Origin: Nitrospinales bacterium
Lineage (GTDB): Bacteria > Nitrospinota > Nitrospinia > Nitrospinales > VA-1
Assembly (NCBI GenBank): GCA_965223345.1
Contig: CBDCWG010000012.1
Span: forward strand, 992,001 to 1,056,000
DNA: 64,000 nt
Direction: 5' to 3'
A program made the position numbers and the translations under genes. Positions within the stretch are counted from its first letter, which is position 1. Each line of letters begins with the position of its first letter. The notes under the pieces are model-generated. The model was not told the origin of the DNA. It saw nothing but the letters and a program-made list of their open reading frames with translations, and searched no databases. This document shows, in pieces, positions 9,506-19,564 of the stretch.

Positions 9506-10150
9506 ATGCGCTGGCTGAGGTGCAACGGTCTCATGCGTGCCGTGGTTTTTGGGCCGGGGCTCTGGTTTTGCCTGTCCGCAAACCCGGCGGTGGTTTCAGG
9601 GGACATTCAATCCGGAAAAGACGCGCTGGCGAAAGGGGATTTCAAGAAAGCGTTCACGCAACTGCGGTTGTCGGCGCAGGAGGGGCACCCGGATGCGCAA
9701 ACCGCGCTGGGAACGATGTATTTTTCCGGAACCGGAGTCGCAAAAAATCACCGCGAAGCGCTCAAGTGGTACAAAAAAGTTTCCCGCCAGAACAACCCGG
9801 CTGCGTTGCGGAACATGGCGCAGATTTATACCGAGGGTTTGGGAGGCGTGAGCCGGGATTTGAAAAAAGCCTTCGAGCTGTACCTTCAGGCGGCGCAACT
9901 GGGGGATGCGGACGCGCAGTTTTTTGTCGGGCATTTTTACGCCAACGGACTGGGCACCGTCAAAGACAGTGTGCAGGCGCTCATGTGGTTCGATCTAGTG
10001 AATGAAAAGAGCACGGTACCGTTGAACGAGTTCCAGACGATGGCGGCGCAGTCGCTTCTGGCGGCGGTGGAACTCAAGGCGGAGATGACGCGCGAGGAAA
10101 TCCAGGAATCGCTTCAGCTTAAAAATGCGTGGAAGCCGCTGGAGCGCTGA
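9506..10150 (+). CDS. Sel1-repeat protein
   Basis: AQTALGTMYFSGTGV, ALRNMAQIYTEGLGGV and AQFFVGHFYANGLGT repeats. Confidence 0.9.
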   Translation: MRWLRCNGLMRAVVFGPGLWFCLSANPAVVSGDIQSGKDALAKGDFKKAFTQLRLSAQEGHPDAQTALGTMYFSGTGVAKNHREALKWYKKVSRQNNPAALRNMAQIYTEGLGGVSRDLKKAFELYLQAAQLGDADAQFFVGHFYANGLGTVKDSVQALMWFDLVNEKSTVPLNEFQTMAAQSLLAAVELKAEMTREEIQESLQLKNAWKPLER

Positions 10151-10250
10151 TGCGGTGGCATCCCCTGGGACGGGATTGGATTTTGCAGTGCGGCCCGGCT
10201 GAGTTCGACTGCCTGTGGGCCGGTTGCAGAGAAGCGTTTGGGGGGCGGGC

Positions 10251-10433
10251 TCAGCAGAGGATCTGGGAGTTGACTTCCTGAAACTGGGTTTCGTCTTCGA
10301 AGCTGTTGATCTGCTGACGGTCTCTTTCGGTGATCATGGACCGGAGCCGTGCGATCGAGCGCGCTTCCAGATCTTCGGCCGTGATCACTTTTTTCAGATT
10401 GCCCATCCCGTCGAATACTTTCACTTCGTACAT
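10251..10433 (-). CDS. Small hypothetical protein (MYEVKVFDGMGNLKKVI...)
   Basis: 60-aa ORF with GGAGG RBS. Confidence 0.65.
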   Translation of the reverse strand: MYEVKVFDGMGNLKKVITAEDLEARSIARLRSMITERDRQQINSFEDETQFQEVNSQILC

Positions 10434-10787
10434 GTGCTGCCTCCGTTCGGTTCTTGGGGAATGAAGGTCGGCTTGATTGCTGAGCTTCGTTGCCGGAATC
10501 GCCTGCGATATTCAAATGCGGAAACCATCTACCAAGGGGGTACCGGATGGAGGAGACATAATATTTGGTAGATGGAATCCGCAATTCGTGCAAATTTCAA
10601 AAAACCGGTTGTGCGCTGTGTCTGATCTCACTATGCCAGAGCGATATTGAGATTGGATCGCGGCTTTGCAACACTTTGATCACAGATTTTTCTTTTGTGA
10701 TCCCCGCTTCGATCCGTCAACGTCTGCGCGGGCGCTCTCCGATTTCTATCCAACGTGATGGACTGCAATCCCTCTTCCCTGCCGGGA

Positions 10788-11240
10788 TCATTTCTTATCC
10801 CAGGCGGATTCTTTGGAAGAAGGCGTGAAATACTCGTGACCCTGGTGCCGCGGAATCCGCTCGAAACGATGGCTGTCGCGATGCACTTCCGAGCCCATGG
10901 TGTTCGTGCGTTCGTGGGTCGGGCGCGTTCGCTCGGAGTGTTCCCATTTGCGCAGCGTCGATGGGCTGCTCAGATTGTCGCGCCGCGATGTGCGCTTGGG
11001 CTGCCGCAGCTTGCGCTGATGGGTCCGGCGGAATTCTTCACGGTTCCGATTCACCCCGCCCCGGGAGGCGAGCAGGAATTCCGCCTGGTTTCCGGTGAGG
11101 GCCGCCTTTTCTGCTTCTGCATTCGCAATCGGATTTCCCTTCGCCTGCGGCACGGCGGACAGAGCCTGACCGGGGGCCGCGAGCAGCAGCAGGGCGATCC
11201 AGACGAGGATCCATTTAGTTGCGGTTTTTTGCAGTGCCAT
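10788..11240 (-). CDS. Exported basic hypothetical protein
   Basis: Start MALQKT with GAAAGG RBS; signal peptide; Arg-rich body. Confidence 0.6.
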   Translation of the reverse strand: MALQKTATKWILVWIALLLLAAPGQALSAVPQAKGNPIANAEAEKAALTGNQAEFLLASRGGVNRNREEFRRTHQRKLRQPKRTSRRDNLSSPSTLRKWEHSERTRPTHERTNTMGSEVHRDSHRFERIPRHQGHEYFTPSSKESAWDKK

Positions 11241-11513
11241 GATGATCGCCTTTCGTGAAGATCGGGCGGTGCCGGTTTCGTCGGTGACGACCTGCATTGA
11301 ATCCAGTTTAGAAGCGTTGTGTTGCGTGCGGGTCAACCCTGAGTCACGGTTTTGTCATATCGCTGTGCAGGGTTGTCATGCAGTGAGAGGACGGGAGCGA
11401 TGGCCACCCTTTCGCGCGGCTGTGGCGAAACTGTGACGGCTTCTTGAAGCGGGTGTGACGTTCATCATGAAAAATGAAATCAGCGGTTTCATATTTCATG
11501 AGGAAGGAACGCA

Positions 11514-11771
11514 ATGGAGTTCATCGATACCTATCAGCTGGCCGGGCTTTTGTGTTTCCTCGTCGGGGCGAAAGTGTGGGTGTATTGCAGCGCCATGGAA
11601 CGGGAGGAGCACTTTAAGAAAAACAACCTGGAACGCATTCTCATCTTCAAGCCCGATGTGGAGGTGATGGAGGCCAATGCGCGCATGATCCGCCGGTCTT
11701 TCGTTCTGTCCTTGCTGGGAGCGGTCATGACCATCACAGGCGTGTTTCTTTTCCTCGCCAATATGGACTGA
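11514..11771 (+). CDS. Small two-TM membrane protein
   Basis: AAGGA RBS; two hydrophobic segments. Confidence 0.65.
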   Translation: MEFIDTYQLAGLLCFLVGAKVWVYCSAMEREEHFKKNNLERILIFKPDVEVMEANARMIRRSFVLSLLGAVMTITGVFLFLANMD

Positions 11772-11984
11772 TCGCAGCTGCAAACCTCCACATAAAGAAA
11801 TCCCGCCTCTTCACAGACCTTCCGTTTTTCACCCATGCGCCGCCGCCCTTGCGTTTTTTCCGATGCGGAGCTGCCAATAAAAAGCATCTCGTGGTTGACT
11901 TTTTTGCCGGATCGTTAACAATAAAACCGGCCTGGGTTGAACAGCGGCGAATGCCGATTGCGGTTGCCAAAGAAGGAGGGGGGA

Positions 11985-12197
11985 ATGATACGAATAGGAC
12001 TGCTGGTTTTTCTGATCGGAACGGCGGGCTGCGCCTTCGATTCCGCCGAATGGTCTCCCGGTGACGAGGGGCTGGAGCACGCCGTCCGCTATTGCCGCAC
12101 CGAAACGCTGCAACGCGATCCTTTGCTCGGGCCGTTCTGGTACGGCAGCAAGGATTTCCGTCCCTGTATGGAATCCCGGGGCTACTTCAAGCACTGA
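11985..12197 (+). CDS. Small lipoprotein
   Basis: AAGGAGG RBS; MIRIGLLVFLIGTAG-C lipobox; C...CMESRGY motif. Confidence 0.7.
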   Translation: MIRIGLLVFLIGTAGCAFDSAEWSPGDEGLEHAVRYCRTETLQRDPLLGPFWYGSKDFRPCMESRGYFKH

Positions 12198-12222
12198 GCG
12201 GGACCGCGGCCCGCCGGATTTT

Positions 12223-12393
12223 TCAGTGCCGTTTGTCGAACGCCGCGTGTTTTCTGTGGGCGCGGATCCGGTGGTTCAACAGCATCGACCTCCACATCAG
12301 TCTCCATCCCAGTTTTTTCCAGTGAACCCATTCGATCCACAGGCTGCGCAGTTTGATCTTGGCAATTTCTCTGCCCGGACGTGCGAAGGTCAT
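12223..12393 (-). CDS. 56-aa basic Trp-rich peptide (not in ORF track)
   Basis: AAAGGAG RBS then MTFARPGREIAKIKLRSLWIEWVHWKKLGWRLMWRSMLLNHRIRAHRKHAAFDKRH*. Confidence 0.55.
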   Translation of the reverse strand: MTFARPGREIAKIKLRSLWIEWVHWKKLGWRLMWRSMLLNHRIRAHRKHAAFDKRH

Positions 12394-12533
12394 GATCGGC
12401 TCCTTTCGACCGGCGTTTTTTTCTGAATCCCGCTGTCCTTGGGGAACGCCGTTCGCGGTTGGGAAACATTCGTTTGCAGCATTCAGGGTCTCAATGTTGC
12501 GTGGCGATTTTGTGTCCGGTTTGTCACAGTCGG

Positions 12534-12562
12534 TTCACAATCCTCCCCGGCTTTATTACAAT
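12534..12562 (+). promoter_or_regulatory. Sigma-70-type promoter upstream of tnaA
   Basis: TTCACA-N17-TACAAT. Confidence 0.6.
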
Positions 12563-12671
12563 GCGGTAATTTAAAGGAAAGCGGGGCCTTGCCGTGAGAA
12601 CCCCTGGAAAACCGGGGGATCCGCTGCGTGCGCCGCGACGGGCCAAACACTCACATCAACCGGGGGCGATC

Positions 12672-14051
12672 ATGCATACCATCATCGAGCCGTTCAGGAT
12701 CAAATCGACCGAATCGATACCCATCACCCAGAGAGAGCAGCGCGAACGGTGGCTTCAGGAGGCGCACCACAACGTGTTCCTGCTTGCGGCCGATCGCATC
12801 ACCATCGATTTATTGACCGACAGCGGCACCGGCGCCATGTCCACGCGGCAATGGGCGGCGCTGATGATGGGAGACGAAAGCTATGCCGGCAGCAAATCCT
12901 GGCAGCGGTTCAAGGAAACCGTCGAGGACATCACCGGCTACAAGCACGTGTTTCCCATCCATCAGGGACGGGCCGGCGAGCGCATCCTGGCCCAGACGCG
13001 TTTGAAGCCGGGGGATGTGGTGCCAAACAACGGTCATTTCGACACCACGCGCGCCAATTTCGAGTTCGTGGGCGCCAGGCCCGTGGATCTGATCATCGAT
13101 GCGGGCAAGGACGCGGCTCTGGAACATCCCTTCAAGGGCAACATGGATGTCGATGCGCTGAAAGCGCTGATCGACGAAACCGGTCCGGAAAAGATCCCGT
13201 TCGCGATGGTCACGATCACCAACAATTCGTTCGGCGGCCACCCGGTGTCGCTGAAAAACATCCGCGAGGTCAAAAAGGCGCTCGAACCCTACAAGATCCC
13301 ATTGATCCTGGACGCCTGCCGGTTCGCGGAAAACGCCTATTTCATCTACGAACGGGAAGAAGGCAATGCGCACCGCTCGCTGAAGGAGATCGCCCGCGAG
13401 GTGTTTTCCTACGCCGACGGGGCGAACATGAGCGCGAAAAAAGACGGGCTGGCCAATATCGGCGGGTTCTTTGCGGTCAACGACGACGCCTGGGCGGAGG
13501 ATTTCCGCAACATGCTTATCCTGTGCGAAGGGTTTCCCACCTACGGCGGCCTGGCGGGGCGCGATCTGGAAGTGATCGCCGAAGGGCTGGAGGAAGCGTT
13601 GCAGATGGAGTACCAGATCTACCGGCACGCGACGGTGCAGTACATGGGGACCCGGCTCGACGCGATGGGGATCCCGTATGTGCGGCCGGTGGGCGGTCAC
13701 GCGATCTTTCTGGATGCGCAGCGGTTTTTTCCCGAAGATGCGGTTCCCCAATATCCGGGCATCGGTCTGGTCAACGCCATCTACCTGGAAGGCGGCGTGC
13801 GCTCGGTGGAACTGGGTTCGGTGATGTTCGGGAAAGTCGATCCGCAAAGCGGCGAGGAGATCCCCGCTCCCTTTGAGCTGGTGCGCCTCACGTTTCCCCG
13901 GCGCGTTTACACCCAGAGTCATTTCGATTACGTGCTGGAGGTCCTGAAAGCGGTGTGGGAAAAACGCGGGACGATTCCCTCACACCGGATCACCAAGCAA
14001 TCGCCTTATCTGCGGCATTTTTCCGCGCATTTTTCCCCGGTCGCGGATTGA
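12672..14051 (+). CDS. tnaA: Tryptophanase (PLP beta-eliminating lyase)
   Basis: EPFRIK, IDLLTDSGT, GDESYAGS, HQGRAGE, SAKKD (PLP Lys), EGFPTYGGL. FDTT and LRHF match tryptophanase rather than tyrosine phenol-lyase (FTTT, LRFF). Confidence 0.88.
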   Translation: MHTIIEPFRIKSTESIPITQREQRERWLQEAHHNVFLLAADRITIDLLTDSGTGAMSTRQWAALMMGDESYAGSKSWQRFKETVEDITGYKHVFPIHQGRAGERILAQTRLKPGDVVPNNGHFDTTRANFEFVGARPVDLIIDAGKDAALEHPFKGNMDVDALKALIDETGPEKIPFAMVTITNNSFGGHPVSLKNIREVKKALEPYKIPLILDACRFAENAYFIYEREEGNAHRSLKEIAREVFSYADGANMSAKKDGLANIGGFFAVNDDAWAEDFRNMLILCEGFPTYGGLAGRDLEVIAEGLEEALQMEYQIYRHATVQYMGTRLDAMGIPYVRPVGGHAIFLDAQRFFPEDAVPQYPGIGLVNAIYLEGGVRSVELGSVMFGKVDPQSGEEIPAPFELVRLTFPRRVYTQSHFDYVLEVLKAVWEKRGTIPSHRITKQSPYLRHFSAHFSPVAD

Positions 14052-14150
14052 GAGGGCAGGGAGTGTTGTAACTCATTGAAAATAATGTTAATATTTTATG
14101 CCCGCTGATGCGGTGGCGGGCCTGTGAAAACCGAGGAGTGAAGGGACGCG

Positions 14151-14681
14151 ATGGAAAAAAGGAGAATGCCGCGGATGAAAGTGGGGTTGCCGGCGTCTTT
14201 GGTGCGGGGTGAGAACAGCGAACCGGTGGACGTGCTGGATCTCAACATCCACGGCATGGCGTTTCAGTCGGAAAAATTTTTCACGCCCGGAACGCGTCTG
14301 GAATTCCGCCTGCCGTTCAAAAAAAAGCAGGGGACGAAAAAATTCCCCGGTGAAGTCATGCAGTGCAATGTGAACGAGGAAACTCTGGATGGAAGCTATC
14401 GGGTGGGGGTGCGGTTTCTTTTTGGCTCCAAACGATCCTTCACAGGAAAAAACAGGGAGTCCCAAGCGGTTGCCACCATCCCGCACAAACAGGCGGCCTG
14501 CGGTACGCCCACCTCTTCATTGCCAAAAGCCGCTGCGCTTCCCAGCGCGCAACCCGCCCCGAGCGTGATGAAAAAATCCGATGATTTGTCTTTGAAGAAT
14601 GACGAACTGCAAAAAACCGAACGGGTGTTCGGGCTGACTTTTATCCGCAAGTCGCGTTTTTATTTTCTGTCCTCGGACTGA
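14151..14681 (+). CDS. PilZ-domain protein
   Basis: RRMPR (RxxxR) and DLNIHG motifs, YRVGVRF. Confidence 0.82.
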   Translation: MEKRRMPRMKVGLPASLVRGENSEPVDVLDLNIHGMAFQSEKFFTPGTRLEFRLPFKKKQGTKKFPGEVMQCNVNEETLDGSYRVGVRFLFGSKRSFTGKNRESQAVATIPHKQAACGTPTSSLPKAAALPSAQPAPSVMKKSDDLSLKNDELQKTERVFGLTFIRKSRFYFLSSD

Positions 14682-14753
14682 ACGGTCCCTGCTGCAATCC
14701 CGTCCCTTCCCCTCCGAAAGGGTGCGGAATTTCCTTCTATCAAATCCAACCCG

Positions 14754-15164
14754 CTACTGCATCTGCATGCTGGAATCCTGCATCGTGTCGCTGTCCATCG
14801 TGGACACGCCCGCTTCCAGATCGGGAGGCGTGTCGGACTGCAACCGGCAGTCCCAACCCCACACCGAAAGCTGATCGACGAAGGTTGCGGATTTGTCTTC
14901 ACAATACCCTGCCTGATTCTCCGCGCGCCACAGCACCTGTTCGATCCCCGGCTCTTCGCTGTCTTTGTAATAACGCACTTCGCAGGGAACCGTTTCGTCC
15001 AGCTCAAAATAATGCACTTCCACGCGCCTTTCCGTGTCGCCGTTCATGCACATGAAGCGATCTCCCCGGCGCAGCGATTCCTGAGCCTGGGCCTGTGCGA
15101 GCGTGCCGAGGATCAGCAGCGCGGTCACCGTGCAGACGGAGAGCCATTTTTGGGATAGGGCCAT
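14754..15164 (-). CDS. Exported Cys-containing hypothetical protein
   Basis: GAGGAAGG RBS, signal peptide, four Cys (C..R.VEV..PCEV.Y.K..LW.A....YC..W.C). Confidence 0.75.
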   Translation of the reverse strand: MALSQKWLSVCTVTALLILGTLAQAQAQESLRRGDRFMCMNGDTERRVEVHYFELDETVPCEVRYYKDSEEPGIEQVLWRAENQAGYCEDKSATFVDQLSVWGWDCRLQSDTPPDLEAGVSTMDSDTMQDSSMQMQ

Positions 15165-15460
15165 GAGCCTTCCTCCTCTGAATGGGTTGGACAGAAAATT
15201 TCTTTTGCGATGGGTGTGAGAGGCCGGCAAGGGCGTGGCTGCCCCCATTTTGCGATCGCCCGATCGGCTGGGTGTGCGCTGCCCGCCGGGGCCTTCCCCC
15301 TTTATTCCAGTGTTTTATATTTCATGCAGAAAAATCAACGGTATTTCTGGGCTCCGGCGGGACGCTTGAGCTTAACGTGCAGAAATTCATGATTTTGCGG
15401 AAAAATAAAAATCGCGGGATGTGGCGGAAAACACGGCGGTTTCTGGCCGCTGTCCTGCGC

Positions 15461-15859
15461 TCAAAACCGGAATTTGAACAGGGTGGGCGGGGTGGTGTGC
15501 ACGCCGTCTTCCGGGATGGATGAGAACGGGTCCCAGGGGTCGGGGTGTTCGCGGGGATCGTAGAGGGGCGGAGGCGGGCTTTGGAACCGCTCTTTTTCAA
15601 GTGTCATGCTCTTGTTCTCAAGCGTCATGCTTTTGTTTTCGGAATCTCTCCACTTGTGTTCGGGTTTTTCGCTTTCTCTCCATTTCTTTTTCATATCGAA
15701 CACCCGTTGCGACAGTGGAATGCGGGAATCCTCCCCAGCAGGGAGCGGCGGAGCCGGGTCCGCCAGGACCGCGACGCGGGCGGTGAAAAGAAATATCAGG
15801 ACGCCGCACAGATACCAGGCTGTGCTTCTGTCCAGGTCTATTGTGTGTGCTGTCGCCAT
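15461..15859 (-). CDS. Exported hypothetical protein
   Basis: Hydrophobic N-terminus; internal ENKSMTL duplication; overlaps the end of the upstream SBP gene. Confidence 0.6.
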   Translation of the reverse strand: MATAHTIDLDRSTAWYLCGVLIFLFTARVAVLADPAPPLPAGEDSRIPLSQRVFDMKKKWRESEKPEHKWRDSENKSMTLENKSMTLEKERFQSPPPPLYDPREHPDPWDPFSSIPEDGVHTTPPTLFKFRF

Positions 15860-16659
15860 TTTAATGACTTGAACCAGTAATCGTGGGTCGCTTTCAGCCA
15901 GGTGTCAGCTTTACGGCTGGTGATCCAGGCATTGAGAAAACTCAGGAAATCCGCATCTCCCTGGTTGATCGCGAAGCCGGTTTTGTATTCCAGCAGCGGC
16001 CCGGACAGGGGCACATCGACTTTTTCCGGATGTTCCAGGGCAATGAAACGCGGCAGCGGCTTCGATTCGAGGTAGGCGTGCACCTTTCCCGCAAGCAGCG
16101 CCTTTTTTGCCGTTTCGCTTTTCTTGAACACGACCAGCGACGCTTTGTCGAAGATGCGGCGCGCGATGTTTTCGGACACCGTGGCCGCGATCACCGCGAT
16201 CCTGGTTTTCTTATTATTGAGTTCTTCCAGACTGCCGATGTGCCGGGTCGCCTCCAGGTTGGTGGCGAGGCTGATTCCGGAAGAGGCATAGGGCTGACTG
16301 AAATTCACTTTCAAGGCACGCTGAGGCGTGATGGCCATGCCGCCGATGATGATGTCGATCTCGCCGTTGTTGAGGGCGGGAATCAGTTTTTCCCAGACGT
16401 ACAGTTTGAGCTGCGGTTTGAGGCCCATGTCGGTGGCGAGTTTTTTGGCCACGTCGATTTCGGAACCCGTCAGTTTGCCGTTTTTATCTTTGAGCGTCCA
16501 GGGCGTGAACAGCGAAACCCCGACGCGCAGGGTGCCGGACTCCAGAATCTGCTGGAACGTACGGACCGGTGCGGCCTTGCCGGCAAACGCGGCGGGAACG
16601 GCGGCCGCCGTGAGAAGCAGCAGCAGGACGGGGATCGAAAATAAGGATCGAAGTTTCAT
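15838..16659 (-). CDS. Amino-acid ABC-type substrate-binding protein (family 3)
   Basis: Signal peptide, GTLRVG, G.EIDVA, LIPALNNGEIDIIIGGMAITPQR, FSQPY. Confidence 0.9.
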   Translation of the reverse strand: MKLRSLFSIPVLLLLLTAAAVPAAFAGKAAPVRTFQQILESGTLRVGVSLFTPWTLKDKNGKLTGSEIDVAKKLATDMGLKPQLKLYVWEKLIPALNNGEIDIIIGGMAITPQRALKVNFSQPYASSGISLATNLEATRHIGSLEELNNKKTRIAVIAATVSENIARRIFDKASLVVFKKSETAKKALLAGKVHAYLESKPLPRFIALEHPEKVDVPLSGPLLEYKTGFAINQGDADFLSFLNAWITSRKADTWLKATHDYWFKSLKWRQHTQ

Positions 16660-16733
16660 GCGGAGGGTTCCTGTTGGTTTGCGGGACAAGGTCATTAAGG
16701 TAATCGATTTCCGCTGCGGACGCAATCGGACGT

Positions 16734-17546
16734 CTAGGGTTTGAAATCCTGCATGGCGCGGGCGAGGTCCTCCGGAGTGCCGATGTCCAGCCAGCGGCCC
16801 TGCGGGAAGGTTTCGGCCTCCACCGGATGGCCTTCCGCCAGCCAGGCCTGCAGGACGTTGCCGACGTAGAATTCGCGCGACTCCAGCTGGTCCATCGCAT
16901 CCATCTTGCGCGCGGCCTTGACCAGCCGGGCCAGGTGCTCGTGCAGGTAGCGGGAAAATTCAGGGGTCCACACCGCCATCACCCAGCAGGTGCCGGGGGT
17001 GGCGCGATCGGGTTTGATCTCGATGGCGGTCACGCGCCCGTCGGCGTCGGTTTCCACCATGTCGGTTTTTCTGGGATTGTCCGTGGGAAACAGGCCCAGC
17101 ACCACATCGGCCCCGGTGCGTTCCTGCCGTTCGAGCAACGGGCTGTAGGCGTCCCGGGGGTGCAGGAGGATGTCGGGATAACCGAGTGCGATGCGGTTGT
17201 TTTCGATGAAGGGCCAGGCCTGGTCGATGCTGAAAGGGCTGCCGTATGGATGACCCATCATCAGATAGGCGAGGTGCATGCCGAAATCCTGGCCGTCCTG
17301 GAAAAAATCGGGGATGTCCCACTTGCCGGGGCGGATCACCATAAAGGCGCGCCGGATGTGCGCGGCCTGGAACCGCTCCAGCAGGTACTGGCAGGCGACT
17401 TTGGGGCGCAGTCCCCTGTCGTCGCCGGGGTCGATGCCCAATGGAAACACTTCCTTGCTGCAGGGCAGGTTCCCCAGACGCCGGCCCCAACCGGCCGCGG
17501 GGATGAGACCGATGACATCGCTGGATTTTTCGGGAGCTCGTGACAC
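16734..17546 (-). CDS. Sugar-phosphate nucleotidyltransferase (dTDP-glucose pyrophosphorylase-like)
   Basis: GLIPAAGWGRRL..LPCSKE motif; WLDIGTPEDL C-terminus. Confidence 0.88.
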   Translation of the reverse strand: MSRAPEKSSDVIGLIPAAGWGRRLGNLPCSKEVFPLGIDPGDDRGLRPKVACQYLLERFQAAHIRRAFMVIRPGKWDIPDFFQDGQDFGMHLAYLMMGHPYGSPFSIDQAWPFIENNRIALGYPDILLHPRDAYSPLLERQERTGADVVLGLFPTDNPRKTDMVETDADGRVTAIEIKPDRATPGTCWVMAVWTPEFSRYLHEHLARLVKAARKMDAMDQLESREFYVGNVLQAWLAEGHPVEAETFPQGRWLDIGTPEDLARAMQDFKP

Positions 17547-17626
17547 GTTGGGATTCCTGTTTTAAGAATGACGGAGGCGGCCGCTGCCGCCAGCATTTTG
17601 AATTATAACAGTGTTTTTGCTTTCGC

Positions 17627-17977
17627 TCACCGGTGGGGCCCCCGCTTTTCGGCGCAGGGAACGCAAAGGACGTTTTCCGGCATGGCGAGGATACGGCCGG
17701 GAGGAATGGGGGTTTCGCATCGGGCGCAGAGGCCGAATTCGGGCTGGTCCACTTTTTCCAGGGCGCTTTGCAGCCTGGCCAGTTTGGCTTTCGCGGCGTT
17801 GAGCGCGTTTTCGCTGACCGCCTGGCTGTTGATGGCCTCCATGCGCGTGAGGCGGCCCAGGGCGTTGTCCGGAGCGACCGGTTTCGCCGATTCGGTGAGG
17901 CTTTGAATCAGGTTTTTCTGATTCTCGATTTCCTCGGAGATATGCCGTTTGAGTTCTTTACTTTTTTCCTGGGTCAT
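17627..17977 (-). CDS. TraR/DksA C4 zinc-finger protein
   Basis: GRLTRMEA coiled-coil tip; FGLCARCETPI..RI.A.P....CVPC. Confidence 0.9.
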   Translation of the reverse strand: MTQEKSKELKRHISEEIENQKNLIQSLTESAKPVAPDNALGRLTRMEAINSQAVSENALNAAKAKLARLQSALEKVDQPEFGLCARCETPIPPGRILAMPENVLCVPCAEKRGPHR

Positions 17978-18145
17978 GGGAACATCCTAACATCGATTGA
18001 AAAACTGCATCGTGGTTGGGGGCCAACGGGATTCCCGAATATTGGCATTGCGATCGAATCCCGGAAAGAAGGATTGGAGGAGCGCAAGAGCTGAAGCGAT
18101 TCCCACCTGAATTGAAAACATTTGTCCTGTATCGGCATGCCGGTA

Positions 18146-18174
18146 TTGACAATCTTTCCCCACGCACCTAAACC
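18146..18174 (+). promoter_or_regulatory. Possible sigma-70 promoter for the CsgG-like gene
   Basis: Perfect TTGACA, 17-bp spacer, weak -10 TAAACC. Confidence 0.45.
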
Positions 18175-18266
18175 ATTATTGATCATTGCAAATTCGGATT
18201 CCACGGGTTTCTTTGCTTCCCGTTCATGCATCGAAAGCGTTGTTCAATTTGAAGAAGGAAAATACG

Positions 18267-19292
18267 ATGAAATTCACAACAGTCAGCGCGGTCTTCCTTA
18301 CCATGATGGCACTGGTCGCTGCCGGATGCGGCGGAGGCGCTTCGGCCTCCAACACTCTGGCGAGCGAGAAAGACAGCCCCGCTTCCACTCCGGTCAGCGG
18401 CGGCACAAACCGGCCCATGCTCGCTTCGGCCGATCACTCCGGTACGGTGGCGGGGATGAGCAAGGCGCGGTTCAAGAAAACGGTCGCCGTGTCGCGGTTC
18501 GAGAACAAAACCAACGCAAGAGGACAGATCTCGCTGGGCCGCGGGATGTCCGACCAACTGGCCGACGCCCTGGTCAACAGCGGGAATTTCGTCGTGCTGG
18601 AGCGCCAGACTCTGGGCGATGTGCTTTCGGAGCAGGATCTGGCGCGCAGCGGCCGGGCGACCAAATCCAAATCGGCCCAGACGGGCAAGGTCGTGCCCTC
18701 GCAGATCCTGATCAAAGGGACGATCACCGAATTTGAAAGCGAAACCAGCGGCGGCGGTTCCGGAATCAGTTTCAAGGGCATCACGTTGGGGCAGGAATCC
18801 ACCAATGCGCACGTGGGGCTGATGATCCGCATCATCGACACCAGCACCGGTGAAGTGCTGGCGTCCGAGCGCGTGGAAGGCAAAGCCGAATCGGGGGGAA
18901 CGAAAATCGGCCTCAGCAAAGGCGGCTACGGTTTTGAGACTGAAGGGTTCAAGAACACGCCTTTGGGCAAAGCCACACAGATCGCCATCGACCGGGCGGT
19001 GATCAAAATCGTCAAGCAACTGAATGCGCTGCCGTTTGAAGGAAAAATCATCCAGGTCAAGGGTGAAACCATTTACACCAACATCGGCCAAAGAAACGGC
19101 GCCACTCCGGGCGATGTGTTCACGGTGTTTTCCACCGGCGAGGAGATGGTCGATCCCGACACCGGTGAAAGCCTGGGATCGGAAGAGGAAAAGGTCGGCA
19201 CGATCAAGATCACTTCCGTGAAGGAAAAATTTTCCAAAGCGTCCATCGCCAGCGGGCAGGCCTTTGAGAAGGGATTCCTCGTCAAAGAGTGA
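18267..19292 (+). CDS. CsgG/HfaB-family lipoprotein with C-terminal FlgT-like domain
   Basis: Lipobox VAAG-C; VAVSRFEN, LVNSGNFVVLER..L..VLSEQ, LIKGTITEF, RIIDTSTGEV; DPDTGESLG. Confidence 0.85.
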   Translation: MKFTTVSAVFLTMMALVAAGCGGGASASNTLASEKDSPASTPVSGGTNRPMLASADHSGTVAGMSKARFKKTVAVSRFENKTNARGQISLGRGMSDQLADALVNSGNFVVLERQTLGDVLSEQDLARSGRATKSKSAQTGKVVPSQILIKGTITEFESETSGGGSGISFKGITLGQESTNAHVGLMIRIIDTSTGEVLASERVEGKAESGGTKIGLSKGGYGFETEGFKNTPLGKATQIAIDRAVIKIVKQLNALPFEGKIIQVKGETIYTNIGQRNGATPGDVFTVFSTGEEMVDPDTGESLGSEEEKVGTIKITSVKEKFSKASIASGQAFEKGFLVKE

Positions 19293-19345
19293 ACCCGATT
19301 GAGTTTCACTTCCTTTAACTTTTAAACCGGCTTTGCGAGGATGCG

Positions 19346-19564
19346 ATGAACCGATTGAAATGGGCTGCGTGCATGGGCGTTGTGGCCGTTTTTGTTCTCA
19401 CCGGGTGTGCCGGTGTGAACAAAGGGCTCGATACCGCGAACGAAGGCGCTCATGAGGCGGGCAAACCCGTCGGAAAAGTGATGAAACTTCCCAGCTCCGT
19501 CATGGAAGGGGCTGCGGAAGGGTCGTCCAAAAAAGAAAGTCAGGACAATCCGCTGAACCGGTGA
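19346..19564 (+). CDS. Small lipoprotein
   Basis: GAGGA RBS; LTG-C lipobox. Confidence 0.75.
   Translation: MNRLKWAACMGVVAVFVLTGCAGVNKGLDTANEGAHEAGKPVGKVMKLPSSVMEGAAEGSSKKESQDNPLNR

Noticed and set aside
12494..12671. TnaC-like leader peptide upstream of tnaA
   Set aside because: The short plus-strand ORF (MLRGDF...NAVI) has no Trp and starts upstream of the predicted promoter.
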